Origin: a virus
DNA: 42,328 bases
Direction: 5' to 3' (one strand)
IMG/VR virus record: IMGVR_UViG_3300042910_000004
Every line of letters starts with the position of its first letter. Position 1 is the stretch's first letter. Positions 1 to 7,318 of the stretch are shown one piece after another. Below the pieces are notes generated by a model that saw only the letters and a program-made list of their open reading frames with translations, was not told where the DNA came from and ran no database searches. Position numbers and translations under genes: made by a program.

Positions 1-285
1 AAACCCAAAATTAGAGCAAAAAGCAAAACCTTGTGGCTGAAAATCAAAACCACAAGCCTAAACTAAACCATAAAAGCTTAAATTTTTCTCGATTTTTCTA
101 TCTTTTTTAACCTCATAACTGCAAAAATTAAGAGCCAAAACCCATAAAAAACAGCCTTTAACCCATAAAAACCCGCAAAGTTCGCAAAATGATTATTTTA
201 CGAACTTTAAAAACGAAAAAACAACTAAAAAATCGCAATTTTTGAGCTTTGAAAATTTAAAAGACTTTTAAATCTTGGGGGAGTA
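1..285. repeat. Left copy of exact 285-bp direct terminal repeat
   Basis: Bases 1-285 read identically to 42044-42328 (aaacccaaaattagagc ... aatcttgggggagta). Confidence 0.95.
139..171. repeat. Two AACCCATAAAAA boxes spaced 21 bp apart, inside the terminal repeat
   Basis: aacccataaaaa at 139-150 and 160-171. Confidence 0.8.
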
Positions 286-361
286 TATAACCCTTATTTT
301 TGGAGTATATAACACTTATTTTGGAGTATATACCCCTTATTTCTGGTGCATAACCCTATTT
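280..361. repeat. 3.5 imperfect tandem 21-22-bp iterons (GGAGTATATAACCCTTATTTT)
   Basis: Units at 280-301, 302-322, 323-344 and a degenerate unit at 345-361. The array starts at the inner edge of the terminal repeat. Confidence 0.9.
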
Positions 362-414
362 GGTAGTTTTTAAACTCACCCTTAACCTTACTTTTTTTTG
401 ATTGTTAAAAAAAG

Positions 415-438
415 AGCCCGAGCCGTTAAGCCCGAGCC
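415..438. repeat. Direct repeat AGCCCGAGCC x2 separated by 4 nt
   Basis: agcccgagcc at 415-424 and 429-438; GC-rich in an AT-rich non-coding stretch. Confidence 0.85.
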
Positions 439-519
439 CTTTAAAAGTTAATAATTGACCTTATAAAAATGTTATTTTTGATTGATTGACATCGTGAAAA
501 TTAAGACCCAAATCATCAG

Positions 520-750
520 CTATAGAAAGTAAAATCTCCAGTTTTCTATCAGTACTCCAACCAGCCTCGTGATAATATCCTTTTTTTCATTCCAAGCAGA
601 CCCTCCAACTACTTTTTTTATTGTCCCATCCTCGCCTAACAAGTAAAAATTCCAGCCCGTTATTCCGTTCCCTGTAATATTCGCAATCGTGAAGATATAA
701 TTTTTAGCCTTCAAAAATTCGTCTTTTGTGATGTTTAAATCTCTTTTCAT
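520..750 (-). CDS. Hypothetical protein (76 aa)
   Basis: ORF preceded by the AAGGTCAATAATTAAAAATT...ATG junction cassette; TAG stop. Confidence 0.6.
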   Translation of the reverse strand: MKRDLNITKDEFLKAKNYIFTIANITGNGITGWNFYLLGEDGTIKKVVGGSAWNEKKDIITRLVGVLIENWRFYFL

Positions 751-780
751 TTTTTAATTTTTAATTTTTAATTATTGACC

Positions 781-897
781 TTAACAAAAAGGAGTGCCAA
801 AAATTTCTAAGCATTTTTCAATAGCATAATTTAAAAGTAAGCTGAAGATAAAGCCAGAAACAACAAGGAAGCCCAAAAATAAAACACTTTTAAGCAT
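781..897 (-). CDS. Small hydrophobic peptide (38 aa, MLKSVLFLGFLVVSGFIFSLLL...)
   Basis: Hand-translated ATG-to-TAA ORF with one predicted TM stretch. Its stop is embedded in the next junction cassette. Confidence 0.35.
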   Translation of the reverse strand: MLKSVLFLGFLVVSGFIFSLLLNYAIEKCLEIFGTPFC

Positions 898-901
898 TTT
901 T

Positions 902-979
902 TTATTTTGAGAGCCACCAAAGCCACAACAACACCAGCCCGACAATTAATAAATCTTCAAAGTTCATATTGGCCCTCAT
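902..979 (-). CDS. Small hydrophobic peptide (25 aa, MRANMNFEDLLIVGLVLLWLWWLSK)
   Basis: Hand-translated ORF directly after AAGGTCGAAAATTAAAAA cassette (cgacc at 991-995). Confidence 0.3.
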   Translation of the reverse strand: MRANMNFEDLLIVGLVLLWLWWLSK

Positions 980-1075
980 TTTTTAATTTTCGACCTTGAA
1001 AGAGACCCCACCCCTGCCTCCCTAATTCTTTTAGTGTCCTTTCTCTTCAACATAAATTTTTTAAACCCTACTCAC

Positions 1076-1105
1076 ATTATACCATACAACCCACCAACCC
1101 GTCAA
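1076..1105 (-). promoter_or_regulatory. Sigma70-type promoter TTGACG-N18-TGgTATAAT
   Basis: Reverse complement of 1071-1110 reads gtggaTTGACGggttggtgggttgtaTGgTATAATgtgag. Confidence 0.6.
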
Positions 1106-1242
1106 TCCACACTTCAAAACATAAAAATTTAATCCTGAAGCTTTACTTCTAAATTAGTTCAGTTTAATTTAGTTCAGTTCAATCAAAGAAAATTTTAGAG
1201 AGCAAAGCAAAGAAAAAAATTGATAAAAGATAAATTATGATA

Positions 1243-1851
1243 TCATTCATTTTTTACGACCTTACTATAAATAGCCTCACCATTAGAAAAAATACCATCT
1301 AATTGATAAACATCTACAATTTCTCCAAATATTTTTTCTAATTTTTTAGTTTCTTTATCTACGATTTTCATAATCTCATCATATACTTTAGAACAATTTT
1401 TAACAAGATACTTACCTATATAATAATCTACTGGATGTTTATCAGTATTACCCTCATACACAAAACCATCTTTTAAATAACAACCATAATCTTTAATATC
1501 TTTATCTGTTAGTTCTCCACTCTTAAAATAACTTCCATCTTCTAAAATAAAATCCCAATCCCAATCTAAATTTATCCCTTCATAATAACCAATTCTAACA
1601 ATAACATATATTCTTAAAGAACCCCACCCTATTTTATCTTTACCATAATAAAAACCAATATCTTTTCTTGCTATTACAAAAGCATCTTTTTCAATCCACT
1701 CTCGCCATCCCTGTTTATCAGAGAAGACATAACCAATTTTTTCTAATTCCGACCCTAAATTTAAATAAAAATACTCATATTCAATTTCAGTTTGACCGAT
1801 AAAAACATAATAAAATGAAGCATTTTTCTTATAAAAATTACAAGTAGCCAT
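1243..1851 (-). CDS. Hypothetical protein (202 aa)
   Basis: Long ORF with AT-rich codon usage like its neighbours; cassette upstream (cgacc 1876-1880). Confidence 0.7.
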   Translation of the reverse strand: MATCNFYKKNASFYYVFIGQTEIEYEYFYLNLGSELEKIGYVFSDKQGWREWIEKDAFVIARKDIGFYYGKDKIGWGSLRIYVIVRIGYYEGINLDWDWDFILEDGSYFKSGELTDKDIKDYGCYLKDGFVYEGNTDKHPVDYYIGKYLVKNCSKVYDEIMKIVDKETKKLEKIFGEIVDVYQLDGIFSNGEAIYSKVVKNE

Positions 1852-1871
1852 TTTTCATTTTTCATTTTTAA

Positions 1872-2081
1872 TTAACGACCACAATTAACACACAAAATTT
1901 TTCTAATATCTTTTAATGTTTTTACTTCATCAACCCACACACCATTACAAAAACCAAAATCATCTTCAGTTATCTTTTTTGCTTTTTTAAAAGCCTCTTC
2001 GCTGTTTTTAGCCATAACTAAAAAAACATAATAAGGAGCATTTTTGATAACTCTTGCCATTACTAAATAAAGTTTTTTCAT
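1872..2081 (-). CDS. Hypothetical protein (69 aa)
   Basis: ORF in the same-strand gene array; cassette-like upstream sequence. Confidence 0.55.
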   Translation of the reverse strand: MKKLYLVMARVIKNAPYYVFLVMAKNSEEAFKKAKKITEDDFGFCNGVWVDEVKTLKDIRKILCVNCGR

Positions 2082-2111
2082 TCTTAATTTTTAATTTTTT
2101 AATAACCGACA

Positions 2112-2396
2112 TTAAAATAAATTTTTAATTTCATCTGGTAAATCAACTTTAGAAAGACATTCAGAACAATAAAAACCATCTATTTCGCTATTTATTTCAA
2201 TATCACCAGCATCCCAAGTTTCTCCAGTTTTAACATTAAAATTCCATAAATAAGCAGTAGTATAAACATCAATAACGCCATAAGACCTTTTACCACAATG
2301 AGGACAAATAAAATAATCATTTCCCCATTTTTCAACCTTTTTTGCTTTTAGCCTTCTAAATTCATCTTTTTCATTAACTTTTGCTGGATAGTTCAT
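2112..2396 (-). CDS. Zinc-ribbon protein (94 aa)
   Basis: CPHCGK ... CSEC cysteine pairs; cassette AAGGTCATTATTAACAATTAAAAATTAAAAATG upstream. Confidence 0.6.
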   Translation of the reverse strand: MNYPAKVNEKDEFRRLKAKKVEKWGNDYFICPHCGKRSYGVIDVYTTAYLWNFNVKTGETWDAGDIEINSEIDGFYCSECLSKVDLPDEIKNLF

Positions 2397-2432
2397 TTTT
2401 AATTTTTAATTGTTAATAATGACCTTAAAATT

Positions 2433-2648
2433 TTAATAATCTTCTTCATCCTCTTCTAAATAACCACTTTCAATTTCATCTAAAGCCTCTTGTAATTCTT
2501 GATATTCATAATCGCTCATACCGCCATTAAAAATCTCACTAATAACCTCATAATCAGCTATACAACCTTCTCTTAAAAAGTTCTTCACAACTTCAAAATT
2601 AATATAACCATTATTTAAAAGAATTTCTTTATAATCTTTTTTTCTCAT
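2433..2648 (-). CDS. Small acidic protein (71 aa)
   Basis: ORF after promoter 2695-2723 and cassette (cgacc 2671-2675); C-terminus EEDEEDY. Confidence 0.6.
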   Translation of the reverse strand: MRKKDYKEILLNNGYINFEVVKNFLREGCIADYEVISEIFNGGMSDYEYQELQEALDEIESGYLEEDEEDY

Positions 2649-2694
2649 TTTTCGTTTAATTTTTAATTATCGACCTTTTAATTTTTCTAAACCA

Positions 2695-2723
2695 ATTATA
2701 TCAAAACATTAAAGAAATTTCAA
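2695..2723 (-). promoter_or_regulatory. Sigma70-type promoter TTGAAA-N17-TATAAT
   Basis: Minus strand reads TTGAAAtttctttaatgttttgaTATAATtgg. It lies just downstream of the RNase H terminator. Confidence 0.6.
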
Positions 2724-2759
2724 CTTCAACCTTTCAAACTTAATTTTTGAAAACAATTT

Positions 2760-2797
2760 CAAAAATGCTCTAAATTAGATCAGTTTAAATTAGAGCA
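2760..2797 (-). terminator. Rho-independent terminator after the RNase H gene
   Basis: Minus strand reads TGCTCTAATTTaaactgatctAATTTAGAGCAttttt: an 11-bp stem with one mismatch, then a T-run. Confidence 0.55.
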
Positions 2798-2806
2798 GTT
2801 CAACAA

Positions 2807-3235
2807 TCAAAGTTTCTTATAGAGAACAAGTTTAACTAAACTATCGCAAATTTTGTTTTTCTCTTTTGGTATCCATTTAATTTCCCAAGATTTAAAACTA
2901 GACAAGAAATTTCTTAATTCTTTTAGCCATTTTTTAAACTCTTCTTTTTCAACTTGCCAAAGACCATTCACTTGATTTACAACTAATTGACTATCGCTAT
3001 AAATAACTAAGTGATATTGAGAAGGTTCAATAAGGTAAAAACCATAAATCCAACCTAAAGACGCTAATAAAGCTTCATATTCTGCTTCATTATTGGTAAC
3101 TTTTTTCCCTAAAGTCAGAGCAGATATCTTTCTTTTATCGTCCCATTCGATAACAAAAGCAATTGCTCCTTTGCCAGGATTTCCACTTGAACCTCCATCT
3201 ATCCAAATTTTAATTGTTTTTTCCTGATTTGACAT
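2807..3235 (-). CDS. rnhA: Ribonuclease HI
   Basis: Motifs IWIDGGSSGNPGKGA, TNNEAEYEALL, IYSDSQLVVNQVNG and ICDSL match the RNase HI DEDD pattern. Confidence 0.85.
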   Translation of the reverse strand: MSNQEKTIKIWIDGGSSGNPGKGAIAFVIEWDDKRKISALTLGKKVTNNEAEYEALLASLGWIYGFYLIEPSQYHLVIYSDSQLVVNQVNGLWQVEKEEFKKWLKELRNFLSSFKSWEIKWIPKEKNKICDSLVKLVLYKKL

Positions 3236-3533
3236 TAAAGTTTTTTAATTTTTTAATTATTTCTCTAAATTGTTTAGGATCCCAAGTTTCTTTAAACAAT
3301 TTAATCAAACCATTTAAAATAATCCCACATTTTTTACAGACTATTAAAAAAGTTTTATCTTCTTTTTCCTGATTAATCCAAGCCAAAACATAATTAGAAA
3401 CAACCTTTGTTTTATATTTAACCTTAAAATAATGAAATTTTTTTCCACAAAAATCACAAATAAATTTATCATTAACTCTTACAAGGCGATAATTATAATA
3501 AACATTTTTCATACCATAAAACTTATTTTTCAA
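3210..3533 (-). CDS. Zinc-ribbon protein (107 aa as tracked, TTG start). The frame continues upstream to an ATG at 3683 across one TAG
   Basis: CDFCGKK ... CKKCG. The upstream in-frame stretch 3534-3683 is open except for a TAG at 3621-3623. Confidence 0.6.
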   Translation of the reverse strand: MKNKFYGMKNVYYNYRLVRVNDKFICDFCGKKFHYFKVKYKTKVVSNYVLAWINQEKEDKTFLIVCKKCGIILNGLIKLFKETWDPKQFREIIKKLKNFNVKSGKNN

Positions 3534-3672
3534 AATTTCTGAAGCAAGATATTCTGCTCTTGCGTCTTCGCCAAATGGAGCAACAACATAAAAATATCCT
3601 TTCTCATCTCCTACTTTATACTACACTAAATATACTGGCAAATAATCTAAATTACCTTTCAAATGAGAAAAA

Positions 3673-4107
3673 TTAAATTCCATTTTTAATGTTCTTTTTT
3701 AATACGACCTTTAATTTGTTAGGCATAATTTTTTCTAAAGTTTCATCATCTGCTCCCATTTCTTTGTAAAACTCATACAAATGATGACAAACTTTACCAA
3801 CTTTTCTTGCTGATTTATAACCTAAACAGGTGCACCTCAATCTTCCATCTCTCGTGTAGTAAAAAATTATGTGTTTTTTGTTGATAATTTCACTTAAAAA
3901 TTCTTCTTTGTCTTTCCAACCATATCTTTTTTTAATTTCAGGTGAAATATTGTCCCACATCGGCTCATAAATTTTTCTTCTAAATTCTTTCGTTTCATTT
4001 GACGGCTCAACCTCCTTAAGAATAACTTTGTAAATTCTGAAATTTTTGAGTAAGTTTTTCCAATCAACTAATGATTTATACATTGTTTTTAGATTTCCCC
4101 AATCCAT
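3673..4107 (-). CDS. SWIM zinc-finger protein
   Basis: CTCLGYKSARKVGKVCHH fits the CxCxnCxH SWIM pattern. Confidence 0.65.
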   Translation of the reverse strand: MDWGNLKTMYKSLVDWKNLLKNFRIYKVILKEVEPSNETKEFRRKIYEPMWDNISPEIKKRYGWKDKEEFLSEIINKKHIIFYYTRDGRLRCTCLGYKSARKVGKVCHHLYEFYKEMGADDETLEKIMPNKLKVVLKKNIKNGI

Positions 4108-5135
4108 CTATAGGTAACATATTTGCCTTTCTTTTCTGACCTTATTTTACCTTCCTCTTTGTATTCACGAATAACAACTTGGAACAAGGTTAAGGACAAA
4201 CCTAAACTTTTTGCAAGTTGAAGAGCCTCTTCTCTTGATAAAGCAAAATCATCTTCATTTTTAATTGCTGACTCAAATTCTTTTTTGAACTTTTCTTTAA
4301 GTGTTTGTGAAATGGAGTAGTCTATACAGGTTATGTTTTCCCAATCTGTAAAATCAAACTTTAGATTTTTGATTTCTGGGCCAAATCTGTTTTTGTCTTG
4401 GCTTAACATAATTTCAAAACCATCTTTGCCCATAATTCTGATAATGGTATAGACCATATCAGCAGAAGCCCCAATATCTGAAGAACCTCGAGAATAAAGA
4501 GATTTAGGTTTTTTGAAAATTTCTTTCTCATTGTTTTCGTAAGTTGAGCCTTTACTCCAATGATGGGTGAAAATGAAAGTTATTCCTTGATTACTAAAGT
4601 ATTTCCTAATGTTTTCGGTTAAGCGTCTGATATCAGAAGATTTGTTTTCATCGCCTTTGAAAAATTTTCTTAGTGGGTCAACGACTAAAATGTTAAAACC
4701 TCGTTTTTTTAGAAGATAGGATAGTTGTGCTATTTGGATATCATCATCTAAAAATATCGTTTCATTGCCATAATAGAAATTTTCATTCTGAAAGTTCAAA
4801 AGTTTCAATTTTTCGCCTATAACTTCTTTAGGGTCTTCTCCTAAATAGCAAATCTTGTAATTGCCAGGGAAAACCCTGAAATGATAAAATTGGCCTTCCA
4901 AAATAAGTTTGCAAAAATAAAGAAGTAAGGTTGTTTTTCCTGAAGCATAAAAACCTGAAAAAAGATTTATACCATTCCTGGCAATTATGTTTTCGACAAT
5001 AAATTTCTCCTCTGGATTAAAAGAAAGTCTCTTTAACTCTTCAGCATTTAAAAATTTTTCAACAATTTCATCGACTTCTTTGGCTTTTTCTATTGGACTT
5101 TTTGCTATGTCTTCTAATCTTCTGAAATCAGACAT
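4089..5135 (-). CDS. RecA-like P-loop ATPase (AAA_25/RepA-DnaB-like), probable replicative helicase
   Basis: Walker A GFYASGKT, Walker B ILVVDPL, FIFTHHWSK. Adjacent to the primase-type zinc-finger gene. Confidence 0.7.
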   Translation of the reverse strand: MSDFRRLEDIAKSPIEKAKEVDEIVEKFLNAEELKRLSFNPEEKFIVENIIARNGINLFSGFYASGKTTLLLYFCKLILEGQFYHFRVFPGNYKICYLGEDPKEVIGEKLKLLNFQNENFYYGNETIFLDDDIQIAQLSYLLKKRGFNILVVDPLRKFFKGDENKSSDIRRLTENIRKYFSNQGITFIFTHHWSKGSTYENNEKEIFKKPKSLYSRGSSDIGASADMVYTIIRIMGKDGFEIMLSQDKNRFGPEIKNLKFDFTDWENITCIDYSISQTLKEKFKKEFESAIKNEDDFALSREEALQLAKSLGLSLTLFQVVIREYKEEGKIRSEKKGKYVTYRWIGEI

Positions 5136-5907
5136 ATTTGTTGTAAAGATAATTAACGGCTTCGTAAAAATCCATTTTATAGAGGTTTTTAATGAAGTTA
5201 ACTACATTACCTCCTCTTTGACAGCCAAAACAATAGAAAGAGTTAGTCTTCCTATAGACAGCAAAAGAAGGATTTGTATCATTGTGGCCTGGCAATTGGC
5301 ATTTTATTAATGCTGGTTCTTTAGAGGGTATTTTTACCCCAAATTCGTCTTCAACAACCCTCTCAATATCGAGTAATAAAACTTTTCTGACCTTATTTTT
5401 GAAATTTTCTCTTTCTTCAGTGAAATCTGTTTTTTCAGGTATTTTTTTGTAAGTTTCTAAAAATTCGATAAGAGATGATAAAGTTTCAATTCTTTCAATC
5501 AAAAAGTTGTATCTTTTTGAGAATTCGTGCCAAATAGGAAGGCCTTTTTCTCTTGCTTCCTCCAATTTTTTAATGTTTTCCCAAAGAAAAACATCTAAAG
5601 CCTCCTTTTCTTTGATGAAATTTTTTAAGTTTTCTCGTAGTGATTCAAGAATATATTCGGGATTGTTCATTAAGTCAGGAAAGAATTCAACCATAACCTG
5701 AACATCGTTTTTCTTTTCAAAATCCCTATTTTCTTCCTTCCATTTCTTGTATTCTTCGTCCAAAATCTTTATGTAATTAAGAACTTCGGCTAAGTCTTCT
5801 TCTGACAGAAACTTAGAACCTATTGTCTCGATATCCTCTAAATCAAAACCCCCATAAACATACAAATCCACTAGGAATTGCTTTCCAAAAAGCAAAGTTG
5901 TATTCAT
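5128..5907 (-). CDS. Protein with a C-terminal DnaG-type CHC2 zinc finger and no TOPRIM/AEP domain
   Basis: CQLPGHNDTNPSFAVYRKTNSFYCFGCQRGGNVVNFI near the C-terminus; helical acidic N-terminal 190 aa. Confidence 0.7.
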   Translation of the reverse strand: MNTTLLFGKQFLVDLYVYGGFDLEDIETIGSKFLSEEDLAEVLNYIKILDEEYKKWKEENRDFEKKNDVQVMVEFFPDLMNNPEYILESLRENLKNFIKEKEALDVFLWENIKKLEEAREKGLPIWHEFSKRYNFLIERIETLSSLIEFLETYKKIPEKTDFTEERENFKNKVRKVLLLDIERVVEDEFGVKIPSKEPALIKCQLPGHNDTNPSFAVYRKTNSFYCFGCQRGGNVVNFIKNLYKMDFYEAVNYLYNKYV

Positions 5908-5916
5908 TATGATAAC

Positions 5917-5945
5917 ATTATAAACGTTTTGAAAGAAAATGTCAA
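5917..5945 (-). promoter_or_regulatory. Consensus sigma70 promoter TTGACA-N17-TATAAT (leftward early)
   Basis: Minus strand reads TTGACAttttctttcaaaacgttTATAATgttatcataATG; only 9 nt lie between the -10 box and the ATG. Confidence 0.75.
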
Positions 5946-6010
5946 GATTTGGCTAGTACTTGACAAAAGACAATTTCACTCTTGCAGTTCCTAGATACAA
6001 TTGAAAAATT

Positions 6011-6200
6011 ATGTAATTGATAGAAAAAATATAGGAAAAATAAGGAAAAAATAATAACACCATAATAATTACACTGTGTAATTGTTCTCGTAGAGTGCAA
6101 TTGTTGTGATGTTATTATTTTTGCTCGATTTTTCGAGGTTTTTGCCATCAATTACACAATTTTTCTTGTGTCTCAGGAGGGGGTAGGGGTTGTGTAATTG
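6011..6200. promoter_or_regulatory. Array of GTGTAATTG / CAATTACAC operator-like boxes
   Basis: Boxes at 6012-6019, 6067-6083 (perfect 17-bp palindrome AATTACACtGTGTAATT), 6095-6103, 6149-6159 and 6190-6200. Confidence 0.7.
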
Positions 6201-6280
6201 TTAACCTTTAATTGCAATCATTAAAATTTCATTATAGTTTCAATGAAAGTTTAAGCCACAATTTATCAACATCAACACTC

Positions 6281-6310
6281 TTGACAATCAACCATTCAGT
6301 ATGTTATAAT
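6281..6310 (+). promoter_or_regulatory. Sigma70 promoter TTGACA-N18-TGtTATAAT (rightward early)
   Basis: ttgacaatcaaccattcagtatgttataat. Confidence 0.7.
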
Positions 6311-6330
6311 GGTGTTGAAGTTAAGAATTC

Positions 6331-6358
6331 AAGGTCGATAATTAAAAAAGACAAAATA
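6331..6358 (+). promoter_or_regulatory. Representative gene-start junction cassette AAGGTCGATAATTAAAAAAGACAAAATA-ATG
   Basis: One of more than 20 similar cassettes. This one lies inside the predicted 5' UTR downstream of the 6281-6310 promoter. Confidence 0.6.
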
Positions 6359-6595
6359 ATGGGAAACGAAACTTATCTTGGTTTGTTTGAAATTGCTAAA
6401 AGGCTAAACATTACTAAAAATCAAGCAAAATGGTTTGCTAGAAGGTATATCAACGAAATTAGATTTCAAAAAAGAAACATAAAAGACAAACTTTACAACT
6501 TTGAAGACTTTAAAAGGGTCGTAGAAGAAAGAAAAAAACATTGGCAACTTAAAACAGAGTCGTTATTAAAGAAGAACAAAAAAAATGGCCTATAA
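6359..6595 (+). CDS. Small HTH DNA-binding protein (78 aa)
   Basis: Start moved to the ATG after the cassette. LFEIAKRLNITKNQAKWFARR is helix-turn-helix-like. First gene of the rightward operon. Confidence 0.55.
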   Translation: MGNETYLGLFEIAKRLNITKNQAKWFARRYINEIRFQKRNIKDKLYNFEDFKRVVEERKKHWQLKTESLLKKNKKNGL

Positions 6596-6911
6596 GGAAA
6601 TTTCTGGTTTTGACGAAGAGAGAAAACCAATTAAGGAATTTTGGAGACCTAAAAATGTTGGAGACTCCTTTGAAGGCATTCTTAGAAAAGTTATACCTAA
6701 TAGGGGAAAGTATAAAAACAGAAATATGTATCTTTTTGAAAACGAAAATGGAGAAATTATAGGAATTATGGGTAATACCGTCCTAGACAAAATCTTCAAC
6801 AAAAACCTCTCTATTTGTCTTAACAAAAAAGTTAAGATTGAGTATCACGGTGTAGGTCTAAACAAAAACAATGTTGAATATCAACTTTTTAAAGTTTTCG
6901 TTGAAGAATAA
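6585..6911 (+). CDS. Hypothetical protein (108 aa)
   Basis: ORF in an operon with an 11-nt overlap. Confidence 0.6.
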   Translation: MAYKEISGFDEERKPIKEFWRPKNVGDSFEGILRKVIPNRGKYKNRNMYLFENENGEIIGIMGNTVLDKIFNKNLSICLNKKVKIEYHGVGLNKNNVEYQLFKVFVEE

Positions 6912-6946
6912 TCAATAGGTCAAAATTAAACATTAAAAATGAAAAA

Positions 6947-7318
6947 ATGTTAAAATCAAAAATTTTAATAATTTGGAAACCAACCCCCGAAAAAGAAAGA
7001 GAAGACGTTGTTTATGTAGATGTTACTCAAGATTTAATGAAAGAAAAAATTGTTTATGACTATTTGAGAAAATTCTACGAAGACGATATTCCTGATAATG
7101 AATTTTTAAAAGAGTATGTAGTTAAGGAAATTAGAAATTTGGAGATAGTTTTTTTATGTGATTTATGTGGGAAAGAAGTCAAAACGCTAAAAAGAATATC
7201 CCTTGCTTGCTCTGATTATGAAGTTTGTGAAAAATGTTTAGAAGAAATAATAAACAACGTCAACTTAATTAAAAAGGAAAACTTCAAATGGATAACCAAT
7301 ATTCTTGGGAACAAATAG
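6947..7318 (+). CDS. Zinc-ribbon protein (123 aa)
   Basis: CDLCGKE ... CEKC; cassette upstream (ggtca 6918-6922). Confidence 0.6.
   Translation: MLKSKILIIWKPTPEKEREDVVYVDVTQDLMKEKIVYDYLRKFYEDDIPDNEFLKEYVVKEIRNLEIVFLCDLCGKEVKTLKRISLACSDYEVCEKCLEEIINNVNLIKKENFKWITNILGNK

Noticed and set aside
286-519. tRNA or other structured RNA genes in the non-coding gaps (286-519, 980-1242, 12027-12238, 41757-42043)
   Set aside because: I could not find cloverleaf-compatible segments or GTTCGAATC-like T-loops by eye. tRNAscan-SE or Infernal would be needed to exclude them properly.
1149-1172. Repeat aaattag(t/a)tcagtt shared between 1148-1190 and 2768-2812, considered as a mobile or regulatory element
   Set aside because: The 2767-2797 copy is adequately explained as the RNase H terminator hairpin. 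The 1149-1172 copy forms only an 8-bp AT-only stem without a T-run. Evidence for any further function is weak.
4987-5701. Plus-strand ORFs 4987-5310 and 5507-5701
   Set aside because: They are antisense to the ATPase and zinc-finger genes, which have clear motifs, and their products are F/S/L-rich, typical of antisense AT-rich coding DNA.
5942-6151. 69-aa minus-strand ORF inside the divergent control region
   Set aside because: It has no junction cassette or SD site. It overlaps the operator-like boxes, and its sequence is low-complexity and hydrophobic. More likely a chance ORF, though a small regulator cannot be excluded.
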